From Candidatus Kerfeldbacteria bacterium (GTDB lineage: Bacteria > Patescibacteriota > Patescibacteriia > SBBC01), in the NCBI GenBank assembly GCA_043799405.1, contig JAZDNT010000002.1, positions 235,320 to 299,319 on the forward strand: a DNA stretch of 64,000 nucleotides, in the 5' to 3' direction. Positions 54,954-63,702 of this stretch are shown piece by piece. A program made the translations under genes and the position numbers. How positions within the stretch are numbered: position 1 is the stretch's first letter; every line of letters begins with the position of its first letter. The notes under the pieces were generated by a model. That model had not been told where the DNA came from and searched no databases. It saw nothing but the letters and a program-made list of their open reading frames with translations.

Positions 54954-56072
54954 ATGGCATTGTTTAAAGGAGGCAAGGGGAGTTACCTCGGTATTGATAT
55001 TGGTACATCGAGCGTTAAGTTCGTGGAGCTCCGGAACGAAGGAGGCAGACCGAGGCTTTCGACCTACGCGTTTGTTGAGCGCCCGACGAACATGATCAAG
55101 ATCGATTCCGCCCAAGAGCAGGCGCAGGTATCAGCGGCGCTCCGCGATCTCGCAAAAAAGTCACACGCAACGGTCGATCGCGTCATCGCAGCGCTCCCGA
55201 GCTTTGCCGTGTTCTCTTCGATCGTCAGTCTTCCCGTCATGCCGAGGAAGGACCTCTACGCAGCTGTCCGCTGGGAGGCGAAGAAGTTCGTTCCAATGCC
55301 GATCGAGGAAATGGTCCTCGACTGGCGTCTCCTAAAGGAGAATCCGGCGACAGGGATCCTTATGGGCATTGAAAAATCCGGCGCCGGAAGCGAAACGAAA
55401 GAAGGCAAGGAGGAGCGTGGGCCGAAGAACCTACGGGTGCTGCTCACCGCTGCCCCGAAGAACCTCGTGAAACGCTACATAGACATTTTTAAGAACGCGG
55501 GACTGAAGCTCCTGAGCCTCGAGACAGAATCGTTCGCGCTCGAACGTTCCCTTCTCGGCGGCGAGCCGGGTATTTTCATGGTCGTCGACATCGGCGCGAT
55601 CGCTACGACGATTACGGTCATCGTGAACTCCATTCCGCTCATCAACCGATCGATAGACGTCGGCGGCGAGACGATCACCAAGGCGATCGCGAACAGCCTC
55701 AACGTCGATACGCAGCGCGCGGAGCAGTTCAAACGCGATATCGGAATGGGCATACAGGAGGGCGGAGCGAGCCAGATACCCCGCGCTATCGAGTTCGTCA
55801 TCAATTCCATCGTCAATGAGATACGGTATGTAATGAACCTCTATCGCAACCAGGCGGACAAGCCTGTCGAAAAGGTCATCCTCGCCGGTGGATCGTCGTT
55901 CCTCATAAACCTCCCCGAGTACCTCTCAACTACATTGAACATGAAGGTCTTCATAGGCGATCCATGGTCAAGGGTCGTGTACCCCATTGATCTGAAACCC
56001 GCGCTCGACGAGATCGGACCGCGGTTCGCGGTCGCCGTCGGACTCGGGATGAGAGAGATCGTAAGCACGTAG
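54954..56072 (+). CDS. pilM: Type IV pilus assembly protein PilM (actin-like ATPase fold)
   Basis: GIDIGTSSVKFVEL phosphate-1 motif, VVDIGAIATTI, and the length and order typical of PilM. Confidence 0.9.
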   Translation: MALFKGGKGSYLGIDIGTSSVKFVELRNEGGRPRLSTYAFVERPTNMIKIDSAQEQAQVSAALRDLAKKSHATVDRVIAALPSFAVFSSIVSLPVMPRKDLYAAVRWEAKKFVPMPIEEMVLDWRLLKENPATGILMGIEKSGAGSETKEGKEERGPKNLRVLLTAAPKNLVKRYIDIFKNAGLKLLSLETESFALERSLLGGEPGIFMVVDIGAIATTITVIVNSIPLINRSIDVGGETITKAIANSLNVDTQRAEQFKRDIGMGIQEGGASQIPRAIEFVINSIVNEIRYVMNLYRNQADKPVEKVILAGGSSFLINLPEYLSTTLNMKVFIGDPWSRVVYPIDLKPALDEIGPRFAVAVGLGMREIVST

Positions 56073-56082
56073 CGTAACGCAT

Positions 56083-57348
56083 ATGCCCGACATCAACCTC
56101 TTAGCAGACACAAAGGGCACCGAGAGCAACGGGAAACCGAAGAAGGTTCCTCCGCTGCGGATCGAGTACTCGAAACCGGAGGACAGGAAGGGGGTCGACC
56201 GGCCCCTCACAAAACCATCAGGCATCCTGCTCTGGTTTAGGTCGTTGTTTACAAGGAAACCAGGAGGGAAAAAGGTTGTTCCTCCGAAACCGAGAGAGGT
56301 CGTTCCAAAGTTCGGTAAGCTCACGAAAGAACCTGAGGACATTTTTGCGAACCTCGAAGCGCCCGAAATAGTCCTCATGCAACGGCGCTCATCCGATCAG
56401 GGGAACGGGGTGTCTCCGCGCGGCACAAGGATCACGCAGGAACCAGCGGGATCGAGCGGAGGCGTCCGTCCGCAGCAACAAAAGCCGCAACCGACGGTCA
56501 CTACGCCACCCGAACCGATGATCGAGGGAGGACCCCTCCGTATGCCGGCAGCGCCCCGCATCGTACCTTTTAAACCCCAGCAGCCGATGAGCGCTCCAGC
56601 AGTTACACCTCTTAAACCCCAGCAACCAGTTCAGCAACTGAGGCGGGAGCAACAGCGAGGACCAATGCCGAAGCCGGAGAAAAAGAAGGGAGCAGAAGCG
56701 GAATATACCGAAGAATTCGAGGGAGTTAACCTTCTCCCCGAAGAAATGGTCACGACGTTCAATCCGAAGAAGAAGCTGACGACCGTGGGCCTTGTTGCGC
56801 TCGCTACAGCGCTGTTCGTTGGGATCGTCGACGTTTCGCTTGTGCTCTGGAAGGATACGCAGGTCCGAAAAACAGACGAGAAACGACAGGAAACCGATCA
56901 GGTTATTGCGAAAATAAAAGCGCTCGAACCCGATCAGCAGAAAGCGATCGCGTTCAAAGCGCAGAACGACGTCATGCGTATGCTCCTCAATAACCATACG
57001 TACTGGACGAAATTCCTTAGTCTCTTCGAACGGTATACGCTTCCTACTGTGTACTACGCAGCCGGAATTCAAACGAGCATCGGTTCGAACCTTTCATTGA
57101 CCGGCAGCGCGCCGGACATGGAAACGATACTCGAGCAGCTCGCGCTGTACCAGAAGGCGCCGGAGTACATCAGTAGCGTTTCGATCAACACCATAACCCG
57201 GCAGCCGAAAGAAAGCGGATTTTCATTCATCGTCGATCTGTCCTTCAATCGCAATGCCTATTATATGCCCATCGATGTCGCCGCTGCAGCGAACACAAAT
57301 GCGCCGACGGCGCAGCCTTCCTCAACAACGACAGGGGGGTCCCTATGA
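56083..57348 (+). CDS. pilN: PilN-like protein with a Pro/Gln-rich N-terminal extension of about 210 aa
   Basis: VNLLPEE lies just before the single TM helix (LTTVGLVALATALFVGIV), followed by a coiled-coil/ferredoxin-like ectodomain. A second INLL motif sits at residues 4-7 (MPDINLLAD). Confidence 0.7.
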   Translation: MPDINLLADTKGTESNGKPKKVPPLRIEYSKPEDRKGVDRPLTKPSGILLWFRSLFTRKPGGKKVVPPKPREVVPKFGKLTKEPEDIFANLEAPEIVLMQRRSSDQGNGVSPRGTRITQEPAGSSGGVRPQQQKPQPTVTTPPEPMIEGGPLRMPAAPRIVPFKPQQPMSAPAVTPLKPQQPVQQLRREQQRGPMPKPEKKKGAEAEYTEEFEGVNLLPEEMVTTFNPKKKLTTVGLVALATALFVGIVDVSLVLWKDTQVRKTDEKRQETDQVIAKIKALEPDQQKAIAFKAQNDVMRMLLNNHTYWTKFLSLFERYTLPTVYYAAGIQTSIGSNLSLTGSAPDMETILEQLALYQKAPEYISSVSINTITRQPKESGFSFIVDLSFNRNAYYMPIDVAAAANTNAPTAQPSSTTTGGSL

Positions 57349-58058
57349 AGATGCCCTCCTACATCCAGAAGATTTACGCAAGCCTTCTTACCCAGTACTT
57401 CCGCTATATACTGATCGCCGTCTCGGTCCTTATCGCAGCCGTTGGTTACCTCGTACTGATACAGCCGCAGTTCGAAAACGTCAAGGACGTCGGTATTCTT
57501 GCCCTAAAGAACGAAACAGATAGACTGAACGACCGTCAGGCGTACCTTCAGCGCATGACCGCAATGGTCGAGAAGTACCGTGCAGCCGCTTCGGGCCAGA
57601 CGGTAAGGGCGGAAAATATGCTTCCGACCGGGATCGATAACGCGGCGCTCTTCCGTACCATGCAGGCGATCGCAAGCCAGAGCGGGATGATGCTTCAGTC
57701 TGTCGCTCTGAACAAGACGGCCGGTTCAACCGGAACGGGCACTGCCGCAGGGGACGCAACGCAGGGGACCGATGTATTGTCCAAAATTAGCGAGACATTG
57801 AGCTCGACAGGTTCTGTAATAAGGGCAAGTACCGTTAGCGTGTCTTTAGCGGGCGACGGTAGTTACGAGACCTTTAAAAGGGTGCTGACCACTATCGAAC
57901 AGAGCGTGCGGTTGTTCGATCTCAGTACGATAAACTACTCATCATTATCATCGGGGCCGCAGCTCGTCGGGAAGACCGAACAAGCTCAGGCGCTGACAAA
58001 CTACTCCTTCGAGCTGAAAACATACTACCTAGAACCGATAAGTGCCCAGGCGAAATAA
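57345..58058 (+). CDS. pilO: PilO-like bitopic pilus alignment protein
   Basis: ATGA overlap with pilN. One TM helix (ILIAVSVLIAAVGYLVLI), a coiled coil, then NMLPTGIDNAALFRTMQAIASQSG. Confidence 0.6.
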   Translation: MKMPSYIQKIYASLLTQYFRYILIAVSVLIAAVGYLVLIQPQFENVKDVGILALKNETDRLNDRQAYLQRMTAMVEKYRAAASGQTVRAENMLPTGIDNAALFRTMQAIASQSGMMLQSVALNKTAGSTGTGTAAGDATQGTDVLSKISETLSSTGSVIRASTVSVSLAGDGSYETFKRVLTTIEQSVRLFDLSTINYSSLSSGPQLVGKTEQAQALTNYSFELKTYYLEPISAQAK

Positions 58059-58070
58059 TTCGATACTACT

Positions 58071-58373
58071 ATGGCCCTCGTCCAAAAACGCGATACAAGA
58101 AAGAACGTAGTCTACCTGGCGCTGCTCGGTGTTGCCGTCGCCGGGGGCATTGTCGCGCTCTTCTTTTTTAAGCCAAAAGGAAGCACCGTTGATACAACGA
58201 ACACCAGCTATGTAAAGGGGCGCGATCAGCCGACCTACACAACGTTCGGAGAGGACCTGTACGAAAGTGAGCAGTACAAACAGCTGCGCGACTATCTTGA
58301 AGGTTCGACCCCGATACAGCCCACTAACGCCAATACTTCTCAGGGCAATCCGAACCCGTTCCGTTCTCAGTAA
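58071..58373 (+). CDS. Small bitopic membrane protein (100 aa) in the pilus operon
   Basis: TM helix VVYLALLGVAVAGGIVALFFF. Compact spacing to both neighbours. Confidence 0.55.
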   Translation: MALVQKRDTRKNVVYLALLGVAVAGGIVALFFFKPKGSTVDTTNTSYVKGRDQPTYTTFGEDLYESEQYKQLRDYLEGSTPIQPTNANTSQGNPNPFRSQ

Positions 58374-58378
58374 GAACC

Positions 58379-60148
58379 ATGCCACCGACACAAAACACCA
58401 CAAATCAAATCAGTCCCGAAACGACGCTCCTCGACCTCCTCCTCGCCGACAACCTGCTTTCACGAGAGCAGGTTGATGCGCTCGTTGCAGAGAGCAAGAA
58501 AAGCCAGCAGCCTGTGAACGAGCTGCTTGAAACAAAGAACCTTGTCCGCGAAGAGGATCTCGTCCGGGAGAAGAGCAAGCTCTACAACATCCCCTACATC
58601 GACCTGTTCGGGCGCGTTGTCCGCGGCGAGGTCTTGAACGTCATCGAGAAGGAGCTCGCCGAAAACTACCGCATCGTCGCCTTTAACAAGAGCGGCGACG
58701 AGCTGTCGATCGCAATGGTCGACCCGTCCAATTTCAAAGCGCTCGAAGCGATCGAGTTCATCGCAAGGAAGAGCCATTTCCGGATCAAGTACTACCTGAC
58801 GTCAATATCAAGCCTTCGGTACGTCATCCGTCAGTACGAGAGCCTCTCAGCCGAGGTTGAGGAAGCGCTCAAAGGAGCAGAGGAAGAGAGCGAGCTCCAG
58901 AAAGCGATGCTCAAGATCGAGGAGGAAGGGTTCGAGGAGGTCGTAAAGACCGCGCCGGTATCGAAAATGGTGTCCGTCATACTCCGCCACGCCGTTGAGG
59001 GAAAGGCGTCCGATGTGCACATCGAACCGGTCTCGGACGAAACGCGCGTACGGTTCAGGGTTGACGGCATCCTCCATACATCCCTCGTCCTGCCGAAGAA
59101 CGTCCACCAGGCGATCGTTGCGCGCATCAAAGTACTTTCGAACTTGAAGATCGACGAGACGAGGATCCCGCAGGACGGCCGGTTCCGTATGGTCATCGAG
59201 GGTCGTGACATCGACTACCGCATCTCGACGCTCCCGCTCGTTGCTAACGAGAAGGTCGTGATGCGCATCCTCGACACCTCAGCGAGCCTTACGCAGCTCG
59301 ACACCCTCGGGTTCGATGGGAAGTCGCTCGAGGCGATGAAGGAAAACATCAGTAAATCGCACGGCATGTTCCTCATCACCGGTCCGACGGGATCAGGAAA
59401 GTCGACGACCCTCTACGCGCTTCTGAACCTCCTGAACGAGGAAGCGGTGAACATCGTAACGCTCGAGGACCCGGTCGAGTACTTCATGAAAGGCATCAAC
59501 CAGTCGCAGGTGAACTCCGAGGTCGGGCTTACCTTCGCCGCGGGTTTGCGCTCCATCCTGCGCCAAGATCCGGACATCGTCATGGTCGGAGAGATCCGCG
59601 ACAACGAGACAGCCGAGCTCGCCGTACACGCCGCGCTCACCGGTCACCTCGTGTTCTCGACGCTCCACACGAATGATGCATTCGGTGCCGTACCGCGTTT
59701 GATCGACATGAAGATCGAACCGTTCCTCATCGCTTCGTCGTTGAATGTCGTCATGGCCCAGCGTCTCGTACGTCGCGTCTGTCCCTACTGCTCGAAGGAG
59801 CTACACGTCCCCGAGACGCTCGAGAAAGAGGTTCTCGAGGAAATCGGGCGCGTCCCGAAAGGCAATATTCCAGGCGACGTGAAGGTCACGGCGCCGCTGA
59901 AATTCGTCCGCGGGCAGGGCTGCGTCCGTTGCGAGAACACCGGCTACAAAGGCCGCGTTGCGATCGCTGAGGTGCTCGCGGTAACTCCCGAAGTGCAGAA
60001 GATCATCGTTTCCGGAGGCAACATGATCGACGAACTTAAAAAGACGTTTATCGGACAGGGCATGTTCTCTATGCGTCAGGACGGTATTTTTAAAGCGCTC
60101 CGCGGCCTGACCACTGTCGAGGAGGTCTGGGACGCGACGAGGGCGTAA
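58379..60148 (+). CDS. pilB: Type IV pilus extension ATPase PilB (GspE family)
   Basis: Walker A GPTGSGKSTT, EDPVE, Walker B IVMVGEIRD, His box TLHTND, and the tetracysteine CPYC...CVRC. Confidence 0.92.
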   Translation: MPPTQNTTNQISPETTLLDLLLADNLLSREQVDALVAESKKSQQPVNELLETKNLVREEDLVREKSKLYNIPYIDLFGRVVRGEVLNVIEKELAENYRIVAFNKSGDELSIAMVDPSNFKALEAIEFIARKSHFRIKYYLTSISSLRYVIRQYESLSAEVEEALKGAEEESELQKAMLKIEEEGFEEVVKTAPVSKMVSVILRHAVEGKASDVHIEPVSDETRVRFRVDGILHTSLVLPKNVHQAIVARIKVLSNLKIDETRIPQDGRFRMVIEGRDIDYRISTLPLVANEKVVMRILDTSASLTQLDTLGFDGKSLEAMKENISKSHGMFLITGPTGSGKSTTLYALLNLLNEEAVNIVTLEDPVEYFMKGINQSQVNSEVGLTFAAGLRSILRQDPDIVMVGEIRDNETAELAVHAALTGHLVFSTLHTNDAFGAVPRLIDMKIEPFLIASSLNVVMAQRLVRRVCPYCSKELHVPETLEKEVLEEIGRVPKGNIPGDVKVTAPLKFVRGQGCVRCENTGYKGRVAIAEVLAVTPEVQKIIVSGGNMIDELKKTFIGQGMFSMRQDGIFKALRGLTTVEEVWDATRA

Positions 60149-60171
60149 ACAAGATATTAATCGATACGACT

Positions 60172-60573
60172 ATGGCAAAAAAAACAACGCACGATATAAC
60201 GGGGAAGCCGAAGATACTCGTCGTCGAGGACGATTCGTTCCTCGCCGGCATGTACCTAACGAAGTTCGGGATCGAGGGATTCGATGTCGAGCTCGCTTCG
60301 GACGGAAAAGACGGGCTCAAGAAAGCGAAGGAATGGAAACCAGACCTTATACTCCTCGACATCGTTCTGCCCGTCGTCGACGGATTCACCGTGCTCGAAA
60401 AGCTCAGGGTAGACACAGAGGTGAGGGGTATTCCTGTCGTGCTGCTGACGAACCTCGGGCAGAAGAGCGACGTCGAGAAGGGCTTGAGCTTGGGGGCCGC
60501 CGACTACCTCATCAAAGCCCACTTCATGCCGAGCGAGGTCATTGAAAAGGTGAAACGGCTCTTACGGCCGTAA
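60172..60573 (+). CDS. Stand-alone CheY-like response-regulator receiver
   Basis: ILVVEDD...DLILLDIVLPVVDG...PVVLLTN...GAADYLIKA. 133 aa with no output domain. Confidence 0.9.
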   Translation: MAKKTTHDITGKPKILVVEDDSFLAGMYLTKFGIEGFDVELASDGKDGLKKAKEWKPDLILLDIVLPVVDGFTVLEKLRVDTEVRGIPVVLLTNLGQKSDVEKGLSLGAADYLIKAHFMPSEVIEKVKRLLRP

Positions 60574-60579
60574 ACGACG

Positions 60580-61659
60580 ATGCAATCAGGCGCCTCAATC
60601 AACCTTCAGCGGATCCTAACGACCGCAGCGGAGTACCGCGCGAGCGACCTTCACTTTACCGTCGGGAATCCGCCGATCCTCCGCGTTGACGGAAAGCTCG
60701 TCGTACTCGAGCAGGAGCAGGTCGTGACGCCGGACTTCATGGATTTGGTCGCGGAAATGCTCTTGACGAAGGAGCAGCGCGCGCAGCTCGAGATCGACCG
60801 CGAGATCGTCGTCGCCTTTACGCTCGAGAACAAGATACGCTTCAAGGTTTCAATGTTCTTCCAGCGCGGATTTTTAGCAGCCAGCTTACGCCTCATCTCG
60901 AACGAGATAAAGTCCCTGAAGGACCTCGGACTTCCGAACGTCGTCGAGAAGTTCGCACTGCTTACGAAAGGCCTCGTGCTCGTGACCGGTCCGTTCGGGT
61001 CCGGACGCACGGCGACCGTCGCCGCGCTCGTCAACGAGATCAACAAGATGAGGACAGCGCACATCATAACCATCGAGAAACCGATCGAGCACCTCTACAT
61101 CAACGACCGCAGCTTCATCGAGCAGCGCGAGGTCGGGCGCGATACGAAGTCGTTCAAACAGGCGCTTGAAACGGCGAGCCGCGAGGACGTCGACGTCATC
61201 GTCGTTTCGGAAATGGAGGAACCGGACGTCATCGAATCCGTGCTTACCGCTGCAGAATCGTCGAGGCTCATCATCTCCTCGATGAACACGGATTCGGTCA
61301 TAAAGACGATCGAGATGATCATAACGAACGCGCCTTCCGAGTACGAGGTGAAGATAAGGACGCAGCTTGCCGGCACGCTGCAAGGCGTCGTCAGCCAGCG
61401 TTTATTACCGAGGATAGGCGGCGGGCGCATCCTCGTTGCAGAGGTTATGGTGCTGAGCCCGGCGATACGCGCGGTGATCCGAGACGGAGCCCTCTACCAG
61501 CTCCAGAACATCCTCCACACATCGCGGGAAGAAGGCACGATCTCTCTCGACAGGAGCCTTGCCGAACTCGTTAAAACCGGTGAAATCCTTTTGGACGATG
61601 CGCTCATGTACGCAAACGATCCCGGAAACCTAAAAGCGCTCGCACGGGCGCAGGATTAG
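60580..61659 (+). CDS. pilT: PilT-like hexameric ATPase homolog with degenerate catalytic motifs
   Basis: PilT-like throughout (ASDLHF..G.PP..RVDG; REVGRDT.SF). However, Walker A is GPFGSGRT (Arg codon CGC at 61006-61008), the Asp box is EKPIE, Walker B is VIVVSEMEE, and the His box is SMNTD. Confidence 0.85.
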   Translation: MQSGASINLQRILTTAAEYRASDLHFTVGNPPILRVDGKLVVLEQEQVVTPDFMDLVAEMLLTKEQRAQLEIDREIVVAFTLENKIRFKVSMFFQRGFLAASLRLISNEIKSLKDLGLPNVVEKFALLTKGLVLVTGPFGSGRTATVAALVNEINKMRTAHIITIEKPIEHLYINDRSFIEQREVGRDTKSFKQALETASREDVDVIVVSEMEEPDVIESVLTAAESSRLIISSMNTDSVIKTIEMIITNAPSEYEVKIRTQLAGTLQGVVSQRLLPRIGGGRILVAEVMVLSPAIRAVIRDGALYQLQNILHTSREEGTISLDRSLAELVKTGEILLDDALMYANDPGNLKALARAQD

Positions 61660-61670
61660 AAGGCTGATGC

Positions 61671-62906
61671 ATGGCAACATTTGAATACAAAGCGCGTGAC
61701 CTTGAGGGAAAGGAAACGGCGGGAATCGTCGACGCCCCTTCGGAGCAGGTCGCGCAGGACGTCATGAAGGAAAAGGAGCTCGTCCTCATCTCCCTCAAGG
61801 AACGGAAACGGATGACGCTGTTCCAGTCGTCGTTCGGTTTCCTGAACCGCGTCCCACGGAAGGACGTCGTCATGTTCGCGCGGCAGCTCGCCGTCATGAT
61901 CTCGGCGACCGTCCCGATCGTGCAGGCGCTCCGCATCCTCGTAAAGCAGACGGACAACGTCAACTTTAAGATCATCATCTCCGAGATCGCGGACGAGGTC
62001 GACGGCGGGGCGAAGCTCTCGGCGACGCTCGCGCGCTACCCGAAGGTGTACTCGCAGTTCTTCATCCATATGGTACGGTCCGGCGAAACGACGGGTAAGC
62101 TCGACGAGACGCTGAACTACCTCGCCGACCAGCAGGAAAAGGACTACGACCTCGTATCGAAGATCAAGGGAGCGATGATCTATCCCGTCTTCGTCGTCGG
62201 CGGCATGGTCGCCGTCGGCATCGCCATGATGGTGTTCGTCATCCCGAAGCTCACCGAGGTTATCGAGGGCAGCGGCGGGAAGCTCCCCTTGAGCACCCGG
62301 TCGCTCATCTGGATATCGGACTTCATGGTGAACTCGTGGTGGGTCATCGTGGTCGTCGTTGTCGGTCTCATCGTCATTTGGAGAACGTACTCGCGTACCG
62401 CCGTCGGGAAACGCCAGCTGGATCTCATGATGATGCGCTTCCCGATCTTCGGCCAGATATTCCAGAAGATCTACCTTGTCCGTTTCTCCCGATCGCTCTC
62501 GACGCTCGTCGTCTCCGGCATTCCGGTGACCCGTTCGCTCGAGATCGTCGCGGACGTCGTCGGGAGTACGCTCTACCATGACCTAACGAAGCAGGCGATA
62601 AAGGAGATCGAAGCGGGGAACTCGATCGCGACCGCGTTCGTAAAGAGCGAGGATATCCCGGCAATGCTCCCGCAGATGATGATCGTCGGCGAGCAGACGG
62701 GAAAGCTCGACCTCGTGCTTGAAAAGCTCGGAAATTTCTTTGCGAAAGAGCTCGACAACATGATCGCGAACCTTACGTCCCTCATCGAGCCTCTCATTCT
62801 CGTCGTCATGGGCGTTGCAGTCGCCATTATGGTCATGGCTGTGCTCCTTCCTATGTACAACCTTTCAGAGACAATATCGTGGATTCAGGGCATTTTCCTT
62901 GCGTGA
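61671..62906 (+). CDS. pilC: Type IV pilus platform protein PilC (GspF family)
   Basis: Two T2SS-F repeats, three TM helices, and a typical N-terminus (MATFEYKARDLEGKETAG). Confidence 0.92.
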   Translation: MATFEYKARDLEGKETAGIVDAPSEQVAQDVMKEKELVLISLKERKRMTLFQSSFGFLNRVPRKDVVMFARQLAVMISATVPIVQALRILVKQTDNVNFKIIISEIADEVDGGAKLSATLARYPKVYSQFFIHMVRSGETTGKLDETLNYLADQQEKDYDLVSKIKGAMIYPVFVVGGMVAVGIAMMVFVIPKLTEVIEGSGGKLPLSTRSLIWISDFMVNSWWVIVVVVVGLIVIWRTYSRTAVGKRQLDLMMMRFPIFGQIFQKIYLVRFSRSLSTLVVSGIPVTRSLEIVADVVGSTLYHDLTKQAIKEIEAGNSIATAFVKSEDIPAMLPQMMIVGEQTGKLDLVLEKLGNFFAKELDNMIANLTSLIEPLILVVMGVAVAIMVMAVLLPMYNLSETISWIQGIFLA

Positions 62907-62928
62907 GACCCTAATTTATGCTATACTT
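62900..62928 (+). promoter_or_regulatory. Possible extended -10 promoter for the pilin gene
   Basis: TTGCGT, a 17-nt spacer, then tgc-TATACT (62923-62928). The ttatgctata context is identical to the pilM promoter. It implies a leader of about 160 nt. Confidence 0.35.
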
Positions 62929-63089
62929 AATGAAGAATACGGTTGTGGATAATTCCTTTATCAATAGCTCGTTTGTGTGAATTAACCTCGTCGTAAAAAA
63001 GCTTGTCGTGCAGCTCCGGCAGTACACGTGACTTCCGAAGCGGCAAACAAATATAAACGACGAAAACCTGAAAGGGGGTGACGAAACAA

Positions 63090-63620
63090 ATGAACAATCA
63101 GAAAAAAGGATTCACGCTCATCGAGCTGCTGGTCGTCATCGCGATCATCGGTATTTTGTCGACCATCGGTCTCGTCGCCCTCAACGGCGCGCGGGGCAAG
63201 GCTCGCGACACGCAGCGCATTTCGGCGATCCGCCAGTACGCGCTCTCTATGCAGTCGTATGGTGATTCGACGAATACCTACACTCCGACCTGTGCCTTTA
63301 CTGATGTAGGAAGAGTCGCTCCGGATTGCGCCGATCTCCAGGCGTTTTTCGGCGGCAACTACCCGCATGATCCGCAGTACGTTGCAGCAAATCTTGCGAT
63401 GACTCCAAATGCCGCTTGTGACTCTTGGATAAATACTGCCTGTGTAGCTCCGGCAACCCCGTATACGTACACGACTGGTGATGACTACACCATCATGTAT
63501 GGTGCAGCAGCAACAAGTGATGCGACTGGCTATGCCATCGGAATCAATTTCGAAACCGGTGCTGGTGGTGTTGCAAAAGGTGTCCATTACCTTGACGCAA
63601 CTGGAAAGTGGAAGCCATAA
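63090..63620 (+). CDS. Type IV pilin (major pilin candidate)
   Basis: Class III signal MNNQKKG|FTLIELLVVIAIIGILSTIGLVAL. An AAGGGGG Shine-Dalgarno lies upstream. I prefer the ATG at 63090 over the track GTG at 63078. Confidence 0.9.
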   Translation: MNNQKKGFTLIELLVVIAIIGILSTIGLVALNGARGKARDTQRISAIRQYALSMQSYGDSTNTYTPTCAFTDVGRVAPDCADLQAFFGGNYPHDPQYVAANLAMTPNAACDSWINTACVAPATPYTYTTGDDYTIMYGAAATSDATGYAIGINFETGAGGVAKGVHYLDATGKWKP

Positions 63621-63640
63621 ACCTTCACTGTTTCAGGGAA

Positions 63641-63668
63641 AAGGCCGGGCAACTGGCCTTTTCGTTTT
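63641..63668 (+). terminator. Rho-independent terminator after pilin 1
   Basis: aaggcc-gggcaact-ggcctt followed by ttcgtttt. Confidence 0.65.
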
Positions 63669-63696
63669 GTACGCGAAACGCGAATTCTGCTAGACT
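63667..63696 (+). promoter_or_regulatory. Possible promoter for pilin 2 (a leaderless transcript?)
   Basis: TTGTAC, a spacer of about 18 nt, then tgc-TAGACT (63691-63696). The ATG at 63703 lies only 7 nt downstream. Confidence 0.3.
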
Positions 63697-63702
63697 AATC
63701 AC

